From: a virus
Virus record (IMG/VR): IMGVR_UViG_3300043409_001877
Coordinates: 77,495-141,494 of that record
DNA: 64,000 bases
Strand: one strand, 5' to 3'
A model generated the notes under the pieces. That model searched no databases. It was not told where the DNA came from and worked only from the letters and a program-made list of their open reading frames with translations. Positions 28,002 through 37,926 of this stretch are shown here, one piece after another. Position numbers and translations under genes: made by a program. Numbering within the stretch: the stretch's first letter is position 1; the number at the start of each line of letters is the position of its first letter.

Positions 28002-28682
28002 ATGGATAGTAACGATATAAATATAACAGTTGTATATTCAACAAGAAAAATAGACTCTGATTATTTTGAACATGTTAAATCAACATGTGCGTCACCTAGT
28101 ATGGAAATATTAGCATATGAAAATAATGGTGAAAAATCTTTAACGGAAATATATAATGACGCTCTATCTGTTGCTAAACATGATATTATTGTTTTTTGTC
28201 ATGATGATTTAATTTTTGAAACAAAATATTGGGGTAAGAAAATATTTAAACATTTTAAAAGAAACCCAGAATATGGTATTATAGGTTTGGCTGGGACTAA
28301 CAACTTAATTAGCGGTCAATGGTGGGCTATTAGAGAATCAATGCATGGTATAGTTAATCATAGCGATGGTATAAAAAAATGGACTAGCATGTTTTCAAAA
28401 CCACAAGGTAATTTAATTAAAGAAATGATTGTGTTAGATGGGGTGTTTTTTGCTGTTGATCGAACAAAAATAAAACATTCTTTTGATGAAGATTTTAAAG
28501 GATTTCACTTTTATGATCTATCATTTTGTTTCCCAAATCATTTAGATGGTGTTAAAATTGGTGTGATTACCGATCTTCTAATAACCCACATGTCTGTTGG
28601 TCACACAAATCAATATTGGGAGGAAAATAAAAAATTATTTGAAGATAAATACAAAAACAATTTACCAATTAAATTAAAGTGA
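28002..28682 (+). CDS. GT-A (GT2-like) glycosyltransferase
   Basis: YN..A..IIVFCHDD, GIIGLAG, LDGVFFA and FDE.F.GFHFYD. Confidence 0.85.
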   Translation: MDSNDINITVVYSTRKIDSDYFEHVKSTCASPSMEILAYENNGEKSLTEIYNDALSVAKHDIIVFCHDDLIFETKYWGKKIFKHFKRNPEYGIIGLAGTNNLISGQWWAIRESMHGIVNHSDGIKKWTSMFSKPQGNLIKEMIVLDGVFFAVDRTKIKHSFDEDFKGFHFYDLSFCFPNHLDGVKIGVITDLLITHMSVGHTNQYWEENKKLFEDKYKNNLPIKLK

Positions 28683-29341
28683 AACTTATAACAGAATTAA
28701 AAGATAAACATAAAGGTGAGGATATATATGTAATCGCATCTGGGAAATCAATTGACTTTATTGATGATAGCTTTTTTGATGGTAAAATATTAATTGGTGT
28801 TAATCAAGCGTATAAAAAAATTTGGTGTGATTATTTAGTTAGAAAAGAAACAAAGTTTTTAAAACAAAGTATAGAAGAGGATTCAATCATTATTGTATCA
28901 GAATATGATAGCGGAAATTTAAATTCAGGTAGTGGTAAACTAAACACTAATAAAATTGAACATGATAATTTATATTATTTTGAACATCTAGATAATGGTC
29001 ACACTCAAATAGACACATCTGTATTTGGTACGGATAAAATAGTGGTTAGCTTCTCAACTATAACATCAGCTATTCATATCGCAGCTTACATGGGAGCTAA
29101 GAACATTATCTTAGTTGGTCATGATTGTGGTACTATAAATAGTGAAATGACATTTAAAGGGTATTACAATAGCATAAAAGACACTCCATGGCAAGAGTGG
29201 AAACAATATAAAGCTTGGTTAAAAGCTATTGAATCACAAACTGTCATAGTAAAAAATCAAATTAAAAAACATTACAATGCTAATGTAATTTCAATAAATC
29301 CTTTTGTATCATTAAATCTTGAAAATAATATCTATCAATGA
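28679..29341 (+). CDS. Maf/DUF115-like putative nonulosonate transferase
   Basis: LKDKHKGEDIYVIASGKS, IGVN and STITSAIHIAAYMGAKNIILVGHD. Confidence 0.7.
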   Translation: MKLITELKDKHKGEDIYVIASGKSIDFIDDSFFDGKILIGVNQAYKKIWCDYLVRKETKFLKQSIEEDSIIIVSEYDSGNLNSGSGKLNTNKIEHDNLYYFEHLDNGHTQIDTSVFGTDKIVVSFSTITSAIHIAAYMGAKNIILVGHDCGTINSEMTFKGYYNSIKDTPWQEWKQYKAWLKAIESQTVIVKNQIKKHYNANVISINPFVSLNLENNIYQ

Positions 29342-29970
29342 TAAAATATGTTATACCAGCCAGACGTAATTCAAAAGGATTACCATTTAAGAATAGAAAA
29401 TTATTTGACTATACAATTAAAAGTATACCATACGAATTTTTAAATTCAGTCATTGTAACTACTGATGATGAGGTTATTATTGATAAATGTAAGTCGCTTG
29501 GTATAAATTACGTTTCCAGAGATCCGTTATTAGCTTTAGATGAGACATCAACAAAAGATGTTATTATTGATTTAATAAATAGAGGTTTATTAATTAATGA
29601 CGATATATGTGTTATGTTATATTTAACATACCCAGAAAGGACTTGGGATGATATCTCAAAAGCTATATTATTTATGGAGGATAAAGAGGGTAAAAGTTTA
29701 TTATGTAAAAAAACCATAAAAAGTACACACCCATATTTATATATGTTTGAAGGTAAAAATTATACTGGTACTCAGTTAATTGAACATAATCTTTACAGAA
29801 GACAAGATTACCCAAGAGTTTTTGAAATATCACATTTTATTAGTATATTTGAAATCCCTGAAGTATTTAATTTAAATGGTAATTTATATAATAAAAAAAC
29901 CATCTATTATCCTATAGGGGATGTTACAGATGTTGATACTAACGAAGATTTGAAAACTATAATATTTTAA
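29338..29970 (+). CDS. neuA: CMP-nonulosonic acid synthetase (acylneuraminate cytidylyltransferase family)
   Basis: IPARRNSKGLPFKN, IVTTDD, RRQD and DVDT.ED. Confidence 0.85.
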   Translation: MIKYVIPARRNSKGLPFKNRKLFDYTIKSIPYEFLNSVIVTTDDEVIIDKCKSLGINYVSRDPLLALDETSTKDVIIDLINRGLLINDDICVMLYLTYPERTWDDISKAILFMEDKEGKSLLCKKTIKSTHPYLYMFEGKNYTGTQLIEHNLYRRQDYPRVFEISHFISIFEIPEVFNLNGNLYNKKTIYYPIGDVTDVDTNEDLKTIIF

Positions 29971-31865
29971 TGGGAGTTTTTATAAGAAATAAAAGTAAAA
30001 GAGTTATTGGTGTTGATAAACCTAAGAAAATGGTTATTGATAATGAGGTAAGGGTTGAGGGTGCTATTGAAACTGTACTACCTGGTAAAAAGAGTTTAAA
30101 AAGTAAAATTGGTGAATCATCAAAACCAGCACCTATTTTACTTAGTTCTTTGGTTAAAAATGTTGAACCAACACCACCTCCAATTGTTAAAAAAACAGTA
30201 ACTAATTCTTTTGATAAAGGTGTTAAACCAGATGTAAGGGTGTTTACAAATAAAAATAATGATAGACCTAAAGAAGAAAAAAATATTATACCGCAAATTA
30301 ACCCTAGTTTTGAGTTAAAAAGCGATTCATTACCAAATAAATACGCTTTAACAACAATATTAAATGATTCTTTTGCTGAATATTTTTATGTGTTTGTCAC
30401 ATCATTTTTAGAAAATAATAGATGGTTTAAAGGTGATATTATTATTATGTATAATGATGATTTTTCTTTTTTATCTGATAGTAGTATTAATAAAATATCA
30501 AAATTATACCATAATATTGTATTTAGAAAAATAGAAACCACTAAAGATTATTTGTATGTTATAGATGAATTTAAAAAACGTGTAAACCCAGCATTTCATA
30601 GATTTACAGCATCAATTCTAACTATAGAAACTTTTAATATTACAGGGTATGATAAAATATTATATTTAGATGCTGATACGCTAGTTATTAATAATATTAA
30701 AGAACTTTTTTTAGCTAAATCAGATATTGTTGTAACTAATGACACTTCCGATTATATAACCACCAATCAAATAAAATTAGCCAATGATTCAAATAGCCAA
30801 TTAAAATTAAACGGTGGATTTCTTTTAGTTGATAAAAAATTTATTGAAAAAAGTGACCATGTTATGAACATTTTTTCAGAATTTAATAAAATACCTGATA
30901 TTACATTTTTAGATCAAAGTATACTTAATTATTATCTTAAAAGATACGATGTTTTGTTTATAAACGCTAATTATAATTTATTAAAAAGATGTTTTAATGA
31001 TTCTAATAAAGAATTATTAAAAAAATACGCTACAGATATAAAGATAATACATTATGTTGGTGAAAAGCCGTGGCAAGTAAAACAAAAAGATTTTGAAAAA
31101 AACTACACTGAAATTGAAAAATTCTGGTTAAATTGTTATAATAAATGTAATGGGGTTATAGGTGTTTCACATCAAGAGTTAAATGTTATATCGTCTGGAA
31201 TTAAATTAGACGAACTTAGAGAGATTCTACCAGAAGTTAAAACTGGTAAAAATATGTCAGCTAATTGGGGTTATAAATTTAGTAATGTTTGTGATATAGA
31301 TTTTTACTTATGCTCCACAAATGAAGCTAAATTATTTGAAGAAATTAACAATGATTTATTTAAACCAAAAGTTAATTGGTTATTAACCACAAACGTATAC
31401 AACAATTTTAAAAAAATAAGAGGGTCTATTCCAAATAACATAGATCCGTTTTATTTTATAATGGATAGATCTGAGATTTTTAAACAAATGTTATATAATC
31501 GGTTAAATAATAAAAATTTAAACATGCCAACATCAGGTGTTGTTATGTTATTTTTATCATCATTCATGGATGTTAAAAAAATTAATATTATTGGTTACAA
31601 TTTATTTAACGTTAAAAACAATGACGGATCATTTAAACAATTTGGTAATAGTAAATTTATTAACCCATATGTTGATGATAAAAAACCACACTCAATTGAA
31701 TGTGATATAACTTATATTATTTTATCTTTAAATAACCTAATAAAAAATAACGCAGAAATTAAATTTTATCAATCCGAAATTGTTAATGATGTTTATAACA
31801 TGATTTTAGATGAGCTTGGTACTAACCAAATAATTAACGAAATAAAAAATAAATACAAGTATTAA
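29970..31865 (+). CDS. Fusion of a Pro/Lys-rich N-terminus, a GT8 glycosyltransferase and a Cst-II/GT42-like sialyltransferase domain
   Basis: GT8: YDKILYLDAD, NGG, DQSILN, IIHYVGEKPW. C-terminal domain: PTSGVVM..KKINIIGYNLF..PHSIECD. Confidence 0.75.
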   Translation: MGVFIRNKSKRVIGVDKPKKMVIDNEVRVEGAIETVLPGKKSLKSKIGESSKPAPILLSSLVKNVEPTPPPIVKKTVTNSFDKGVKPDVRVFTNKNNDRPKEEKNIIPQINPSFELKSDSLPNKYALTTILNDSFAEYFYVFVTSFLENNRWFKGDIIIMYNDDFSFLSDSSINKISKLYHNIVFRKIETTKDYLYVIDEFKKRVNPAFHRFTASILTIETFNITGYDKILYLDADTLVINNIKELFLAKSDIVVTNDTSDYITTNQIKLANDSNSQLKLNGGFLLVDKKFIEKSDHVMNIFSEFNKIPDITFLDQSILNYYLKRYDVLFINANYNLLKRCFNDSNKELLKKYATDIKIIHYVGEKPWQVKQKDFEKNYTEIEKFWLNCYNKCNGVIGVSHQELNVISSGIKLDELREILPEVKTGKNMSANWGYKFSNVCDIDFYLCSTNEAKLFEEINNDLFKPKVNWLLTTNVYNNFKKIRGSIPNNIDPFYFIMDRSEIFKQMLYNRLNNKNLNMPTSGVVMLFLSSFMDVKKINIIGYNLFNVKNNDGSFKQFGNSKFINPYVDDKKPHSIECDITYIILSLNNLIKNNAEIKFYQSEIVNDVYNMILDELGTNQIINEIKNKYKY

Positions 31866-31867
31866 AA

Positions 31868-32713
31868 ATGGGTAAAGTAAAAATTATTGCCGAAATAGGT
31901 ATAAATCACAATGGTGATATTAACATCGCAAAAGAATTAATAATGGTTGCAAAAGCCGCTGGTTGTGATTACGTTAAATTCCAAAAAAGAAATCCAGATG
32001 TGTGTGTACCAGAAGACCAAAAATTAAAAATTAGACAGACACCTTGGGGTGAAATGACTTACATTGATTATAAATGGAAGACCGAGTTTTCTAAAGAGCA
32101 ATATTTAGAAATCGACAGATTCTGTTATGAATTAGGGATTAATTGGTTTGTATCAGTTTGGGATATAGATTCAGTTGATTTTATGAGAGAGATATCAAAA
32201 GAAACTAAAATGTATGATGGTACAATGAAAATACCATCAGCGTTAATTACTGATTTAAAGTTATGTGAATACGCTATGGTAAATTCTAATACATTTATCA
32301 TATCAACTGGTATGAGTACCGAAGAAGAGATTAGACAATGTGTTACCGCATGTACTCCAGATGTTATTATGCACACAAACTCAACTTATCCATGTCCTGT
32401 TGATGAATTAAATTTAAACTATATTAATTGGCTTAAAGGATGGTACCCAGATAAAGAAATTGGTTATAGTGGTCATGAGTACGGTCTTGTAACAACTTTT
32501 GCTACAATTCCTATGGGTGTCACTTGGATTGAACGACACATTACATTAGACAGAGGTATGTGGGGGTCTGATCAAGCATCATCAATTGAACCATCTGGTT
32601 TATTTAAATTAGTTAAAGGTATTCGTGATATAGAAAAAGCCCTATCACTACCAGTGGCACCAAGAGTGGTATTTGGTAAAGAATTAGAAAAACAAAAATC
32701 ATTAAGAAAATAA
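31868..32713 (+). CDS. neuB: Nonulosonic acid (NeuNAc/KDN-9-P) synthase
   Basis: IIAEIGINHNGD, VKFQKR, KIPSA, ISTGMS, STYP, GYSGHE, IERHITLD and GSDQASS. Confidence 0.93.
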   Translation: MGKVKIIAEIGINHNGDINIAKELIMVAKAAGCDYVKFQKRNPDVCVPEDQKLKIRQTPWGEMTYIDYKWKTEFSKEQYLEIDRFCYELGINWFVSVWDIDSVDFMREISKETKMYDGTMKIPSALITDLKLCEYAMVNSNTFIISTGMSTEEEIRQCVTACTPDVIMHTNSTYPCPVDELNLNYINWLKGWYPDKEIGYSGHEYGLVTTFATIPMGVTWIERHITLDRGMWGSDQASSIEPSGLFKLVKGIRDIEKALSLPVAPRVVFGKELEKQKSLRK

Positions 32714-32714
32714 G

Positions 32715-33407
32715 ATGAACATATTTAAAACAAATTATAAAGGGGTTTTAGTAGAATTACCAAAATCAATTCACGAACAAAGAACAGTGTCTAAGGTTGA
32801 AACCATTAAAGACAGAATATTGATGGGTGACTACGAAAGAGTTGAAAGCGATTTTGCTATTAAGTATTACGATAATAATGACGTTGTTTTAGAGTTAGGT
32901 GGTTGTTTAGGTATTGTGTCATGTATAATGGCTAAAATTGTTAAAAATTTAGTAACTGTCGAACCAAACACTAATTTAAATGATATTATTAACAATCATA
33001 AAAAAATAAACAACGTTGATTTTATATTAGAAAACACAATTGTTAGTAATAACAACACTGATATTGTAGAATTTCATGTGAACCCTTTTGTTTTAGGTTC
33101 TGGTTTATATTCTAAAAGTAGTAATATTATTAAAACAAAAACAACAACTATTAGCGATCTTGAGAAAAAACATAATTTAAAATTCAATACACTCCATTGC
33201 GATATTGAGGGTTTTGAGTTTGATTTCTTAAAGAATAATATAAATGAAATAAAAACAAAATTTAATAAGATTATAATTGAAACTCATTACTGGATGAACC
33301 TTGCTAATGGGTATGATGTTTTAGCGTTTTTAAACGGTAATGGTTATGAATTAATTAATCAACATCAAGGAATATTTTTTTTAAAACTAAAACATAATAA
33401 TGGATAA
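32715..33407 (+). CDS. FkbM-family methyltransferase
   Basis: VLELGGCLG, VEPN, CDIEGFE and IIIETH. Confidence 0.85.
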   Translation: MNIFKTNYKGVLVELPKSIHEQRTVSKVETIKDRILMGDYERVESDFAIKYYDNNDVVLELGGCLGIVSCIMAKIVKNLVTVEPNTNLNDIINNHKKINNVDFILENTIVSNNNTDIVEFHVNPFVLGSGLYSKSSNIIKTKTTTISDLEKKHNLKFNTLHCDIEGFEFDFLKNNINEIKTKFNKIIIETHYWMNLANGYDVLAFLNGNGYELINQHQGIFFLKLKHNNG

Positions 33408-35316
33408 ACATAAAGACTTTTGGGAAAAATGTGATGAAACGTTTTCACATATTGATATATCTGGTCACTTAGGGGATATTAAACAATTACAACAATCATG
33501 GGAAAATAATTTTGCTAATAAATATGATTTTACCAATAAAACTGTAATTGATTATGGTATTGGCGGTGGGTTATTTGGTAAATACCTTTTTGATAAAAAG
33601 AAAATAAAAAAGTATATTGGATTTGATATAGCACAAAGACAACTTAAACATGCCGCTATAAATTTAAAAGGTTATAAAAAAGAACTTTTTGATTCTAATG
33701 TAAAATTAAATTTTAACGATTTAAATGCTGATATTTTTATTTGCCAAGCTGTTATACAACACTTCCCTAATGAAAAGTATATGATTAATTTTTTAAATGA
33801 ACTTAACGATTCTAATATTAACGAAATAATGTTACAAATACGTTATAGCAATAAAACAACGTTTAGTAATGATTATGATACAAGAGAAGGCGTTAGATTA
33901 TCCTGTCAAACCAATTCAGATTATATATTAAAACATTTAAAAAACTATAAACTAGTAACTAATAAAAAATTAACCAACAAATCAAATTACGAATTTTTAT
34001 TCTTTGAAAAAAAAAATAAAAAAATTTACGTAGACATTGATAACACGATTGCTGAAACCAATGGTATGGATTATGAAAATTCAAAACCAATAATGGATAG
34101 GATTAATAAAATTAACAACCTTCATGATGATGGTAATACCATTGTTTACTGGACGGCAAGAGGTTCTGTATCTGGTATTGATTATTCAGAATTAACTAAA
34201 AAACAATTTGAAGAATGGGGTGTTAAATATCACGATTTAAAATTTGGTAAACCAGCTTATGATTTATTTATTGATGATAAAAATATACATAGTGATACAT
34301 TTTTTAAATCGGTTGATACAATTAATCACGATTCTAATTTATTTATAACATGCCCTTCGGTTAAAGTACCACATGGTGGTATTAGAGTCATATTAGAATG
34401 GGCTAATAGATTAAGTAAATGGCATAACGTAACTTTATATATTGCAGATGGTGAAACTAACTGTAAATGGTTTGAAATAGATCCTATTGTAAAAATAGAG
34501 ATTAATAAAAATAACATTGTTGATTATAATTGCGTAATTATTACAAGCCCACATTCAATACACCTGCAAGATCTAATAACATCAAATCAAAAGTGTTTTA
34601 TTTTTATGCAAATGGCTGAACATTTATTCAACCCTAATGATACTGAATGGCTTAAAAAATGCACAGATTTTTACACATCAAAACACCCTTTGTTTTCAAT
34701 ATCTCAATGGAATATTGATATGTTGAAAAATGAATTTAAACGTAGTGGTGAAATTTATTATATTGGGAATGGTGTTAATTTAGATGATTTTACTATAAGT
34801 GAAACTCCTAAAAAAGATAATATTATATTAATTGAAGGTTGGGAGCCAACTAACCCAAGTAAAGATATAGATAATTTAGCTCCAAGAGTAGCAGCTAAAC
34901 TTAAAAAAATGAAATATAAAATTTTAGCATATTCTAATAGACCATTAAAAACTTTTGCTGAAATACCTGATGAATACTATCATAACCCTGATTTAAAAAC
35001 AATGAATGATTTATATGATAGAGCCACAATATTAGTTAAGGCTACTAAATACGATGCCAGAAGTTGTGCACCAATGGAGGCTATGACTAAAGGTACACCA
35101 ACTGTTAGAGCTATAAATTATGGTGACGATGATTTAATTAATGATTTTAATTGCGTTAAAGTACTTTATAATGAACGACAATTATATGAGGGTATTATTA
35201 ATTTATTAAAAGATAAAGATAAATATGAATACATGTCTTCACATTGTTTAAATTATGTTAAAACGATTACTTGGGATTTTTGGATGGGTGAAGTTAATAA
35301 AATAATAAGCAATTAA
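33400..35316 (+). CDS. Triple fusion: class I SAM methyltransferase, HAD phosphatase and GT4-like glycosyltransferase
   Basis: IDYGIGGG..VIQHFP; YVDIDNTI..WTARG..GKP..FIDDK; HGGIRVILEWAN..PMEAMTKGTP. Confidence 0.8.
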   Translation: MDKHKDFWEKCDETFSHIDISGHLGDIKQLQQSWENNFANKYDFTNKTVIDYGIGGGLFGKYLFDKKKIKKYIGFDIAQRQLKHAAINLKGYKKELFDSNVKLNFNDLNADIFICQAVIQHFPNEKYMINFLNELNDSNINEIMLQIRYSNKTTFSNDYDTREGVRLSCQTNSDYILKHLKNYKLVTNKKLTNKSNYEFLFFEKKNKKIYVDIDNTIAETNGMDYENSKPIMDRINKINNLHDDGNTIVYWTARGSVSGIDYSELTKKQFEEWGVKYHDLKFGKPAYDLFIDDKNIHSDTFFKSVDTINHDSNLFITCPSVKVPHGGIRVILEWANRLSKWHNVTLYIADGETNCKWFEIDPIVKIEINKNNIVDYNCVIITSPHSIHLQDLITSNQKCFIFMQMAEHLFNPNDTEWLKKCTDFYTSKHPLFSISQWNIDMLKNEFKRSGEIYYIGNGVNLDDFTISETPKKDNIILIEGWEPTNPSKDIDNLAPRVAAKLKKMKYKILAYSNRPLKTFAEIPDEYYHNPDLKTMNDLYDRATILVKATKYDARSCAPMEAMTKGTPTVRAINYGDDDLINDFNCVKVLYNERQLYEGIINLLKDKDKYEYMSSHCLNYVKTITWDFWMGEVNKIISN

Positions 35317-35345
35317 TAATAAATTTAAAAAAAAATAATAAGCAA

Positions 35346-36014
35346 ATGTTAAATAGCAAAGAAATTAATAAAATAAAAGAAGATGTTTGTATTATTGCGT
35401 TAAAATATCTTGAACCATATTGGGAGCTAACCCAATTAGATATAATAAATTCTGGTTTATCAGTTATTTACGTTGATAGAGAAGGTGTTGGTTCTATGAG
35501 TAAAGCCTTCAACACATGTATACCGCAATTAATAGAAAAATACGGTGATAATTTACCCAAGTATTTATTTTTTGTTACAAATGTTGGCTTTAATATAAAT
35601 ACAGTTAATAGATTAGTTGAATCTATGGATAAAACAGGTTTTGGCGCTATTCACCCATCCCATGAAAGTGATCATGCGTCTCACAGAAATAATGGTACAA
35701 ATGAAATTGTAGAAACAAAATATATAGAATGGACAGCTCCAATTGTAAAGACTGAGCTTTTTTTAAAGCAAAAATTAGATGAAAATTATAGATATTGGTA
35801 TTTTGATTTAGTATGGAGTTATGACGTTAAACAAATGGGCTATAAAATAGGTGTTGATCATGGAACTTCGGTTAATCACACATATTTATTAAAGGAGAAC
35901 AAAAAACATATAATAACAAAATTAAGAAGTGAATTAAGATGGTATTGGAATCCAATTGAGGAAAAAACATTAATCTCAAAATACGGATTAAATTGGAAAA
36001 AACTACTTTGGTAG
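35346..36014 (+). CDS. GT-A-fold glycosyltransferase-like protein
   Basis: SKAFN..YLFF..YIEWTAP..LDE..YWYFDL.W..GY.I.VD..V.H pattern. Confidence 0.55.
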   Translation: MLNSKEINKIKEDVCIIALKYLEPYWELTQLDIINSGLSVIYVDREGVGSMSKAFNTCIPQLIEKYGDNLPKYLFFVTNVGFNINTVNRLVESMDKTGFGAIHPSHESDHASHRNNGTNEIVETKYIEWTAPIVKTELFLKQKLDENYRYWYFDLVWSYDVKQMGYKIGVDHGTSVNHTYLLKENKKHIITKLRSELRWYWNPIEEKTLISKYGLNWKKLLW

Positions 36015-36045
36015 AAAAATAAGAATAAAAAATAAGAATAAAAAA

Positions 36046-36687
36046 ATGACAACATTAGAATTACATGGAGTGGCATACGAATTAGCTTTTTGGAAAGAAT
36101 TCGTTAAAACAGATCGTTTTATCACTGGGTGGGTTGGTAAAGAAAAAACCCCAGAATTAAATAATAAAGTAGCTGAATTTATATTAGCAAATAAAAACGA
36201 TAATATACTAGATGTTGGTAGCGGTGCTGTATCATTATTAAACGGATTATCAAATAAATCAAATTTAATTGCAGCTGATCCGTTGGGTGAGCTATATCAG
36301 ATAGTTTTTGATTATAAAAAATATAACATACCAGCTCCATTAACATATCCAGCGGAAGAACTTCCGTATGATAATGAATTTGATATTGTCCACATATCAA
36401 ACGCACTAGACCACAGCCAAGACCCAAAATTAGCTGTTGAAAAATTATTAAAATCAACTAAAAGTGGTGGATATTTAATCATTCAAGGGTTTGAATGCGA
36501 AGGTACGTTTGAAAACTGGATTGGATTTCATCAATGGGATTTACAATATAAACCACATGGTTTAACATTAACTAATAAACATGGTGAAGAAACTATATTA
36601 TTAGATAGTACCGATATTACTATTGGAAGTAGTGATGATATTGGTGGTGGCAAAAGATGGTTAATATGCGTAGTAAAGAAGAAGTAA
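36046..36687 (+). CDS. Class I SAM-dependent methyltransferase
   Basis: ILDVGSG, AEELPY..FDIVH..NALDH and GGYLII. Confidence 0.85.
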   Translation: MTTLELHGVAYELAFWKEFVKTDRFITGWVGKEKTPELNNKVAEFILANKNDNILDVGSGAVSLLNGLSNKSNLIAADPLGELYQIVFDYKKYNIPAPLTYPAEELPYDNEFDIVHISNALDHSQDPKLAVEKLLKSTKSGGYLIIQGFECEGTFENWIGFHQWDLQYKPHGLTLTNKHGEETILLDSTDITIGSSDDIGGGKRWLICVVKKK

Positions 36688-37118
36688 CTAAAATTATAAT
36701 AGACTTTGACGGTGTACTAACCGATGGTAAAATTTTTTACACACACGATGGTAAACAATTTAAAGGTACAAATACTCGTGATGTTAGGGCTATAAGAGAA
36801 TTAATTAGCCATGGTTACGATGTTACGATTTTAACAGCAAGTAATTGGTCTGGCTCTAAAGATTTTGCAAAAAAAACTGGGGCTGATGTAGTTATTTTAA
36901 AAGAAAAGATAAAATTTTTAGAAACATTTAATGGTGGTTATATAGCAATAGGTGATGATGTTTGGGATCACCCATTAATTGAATCTGCCAGTAGATTTTT
37001 TGCACCAAGAGATTGTGATAAGTTAATAAAAAACAATCCTAAAGTTGAAATATTAGATTGTGATGGTGGTAGTGGCGTAATAGCTGAGCTAGTTTGGTTA
37101 TTATGTAATAATAAATAA
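36657..37118 (+). CDS. KdsC/YrbI-family HAD phosphatase (KDO8P/KDN-9-P phosphatase-like)
   Basis: IIDFDGVLTDG, RD..AI, IGDD..D and GGSGVIAE. Confidence 0.85.
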   Translation: MVNMRSKEEVTKIIIDFDGVLTDGKIFYTHDGKQFKGTNTRDVRAIRELISHGYDVTILTASNWSGSKDFAKKTGADVVILKEKIKFLETFNGGYIAIGDDVWDHPLIESASRFFAPRDCDKLIKNNPKVEILDCDGGSGVIAELVWLLCNNK

Positions 37119-37133
37119 ATGTAAATATATACT

Positions 37134-37880
37134 ATGGGTAACCAAAGAAGAAAGAAAAGACTAACCTCTGAAGAAGAATTTGAGGTTTTAAATGAAATTA
37201 ACCACTCACATAGTGGTAACATTTTAGATAGAATAAAAGTTGATATCAAGTATAAAACACAGAACCAAAAAATTTTAGTAAACGAGATTAAGGATAAAGA
37301 GATTGTAATATGCTCTGGTTTACCTGGAACTGGTAAAACATTCTTATCATGCGCTGTGGCATTAGAGTTGCTTAAAAAAGACCCTAGGTACCGTAAAATC
37401 GTAATAGTTAAATCTGTTACAACATTAAGGGATGAAGAAATTGGATTCTTAAAAGGAACCATGAAAGAAAAGATGGAACCATTTATGTATTCTTTCTTAC
37501 ATAACTTTGAAAAAATAATTGGTAAAAGTAATGTTGAAGCTTTAAGAGCCGCTGGTATGATCGAAGAAATGCCAATAGCCTATATGAGGGGTATTAACAT
37601 AGATAACTCAATTACAATCATAGATGAGGCTCAAAATATCTCAATTGATAATATCAGGACAATTATGACTCGTTTAGGCGAAAACTCTAAAATGATATTC
37701 TTAGGGGATGAAAATCAGATTGACATGAAAAAGAAAGGCGAAAGCTCTCTTAATTTTATTATTAATAAATTCAAGAATTTTGATGAAGTTGGGACTATTA
37801 GTTTGGGTGAAGATGATGTCGTAAGAAACCCTTTAATAAAGAAAATTGAGCAAATTTTTAGAGAAAATTCAAATCAATAA
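37134..37880 (+). CDS. phoH: PhoH-family ATPase
   Basis: GLPGTGKT, IGFLKG..EK, AYMRG, IIDEAQN, TRLGE and GD..QID. Confidence 0.93.
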   Translation: MGNQRRKKRLTSEEEFEVLNEINHSHSGNILDRIKVDIKYKTQNQKILVNEIKDKEIVICSGLPGTGKTFLSCAVALELLKKDPRYRKIVIVKSVTTLRDEEIGFLKGTMKEKMEPFMYSFLHNFEKIIGKSNVEALRAAGMIEEMPIAYMRGINIDNSITIIDEAQNISIDNIRTIMTRLGENSKMIFLGDENQIDMKKKGESSLNFIINKFKNFDEVGTISLGEDDVVRNPLIKKIEQIFRENSNQ

Positions 37881-37926
37881 TTTACTTTTTCTATTTTAAC
37901 CATATTATTGTTTAAAAGACAGTAAT

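Noticed and set aside
36015-36045. Short AAAAATAAGAAT duplication between genes
   Set aside because: It is low-complexity A-rich leader sequence with no evidence of function.
36968-37462. 164-aa minus-strand ORF, and the other short nested ORFs in the track
   Set aside because: They are antisense or out-of-frame to well-supported genes and have no recognisable motifs.
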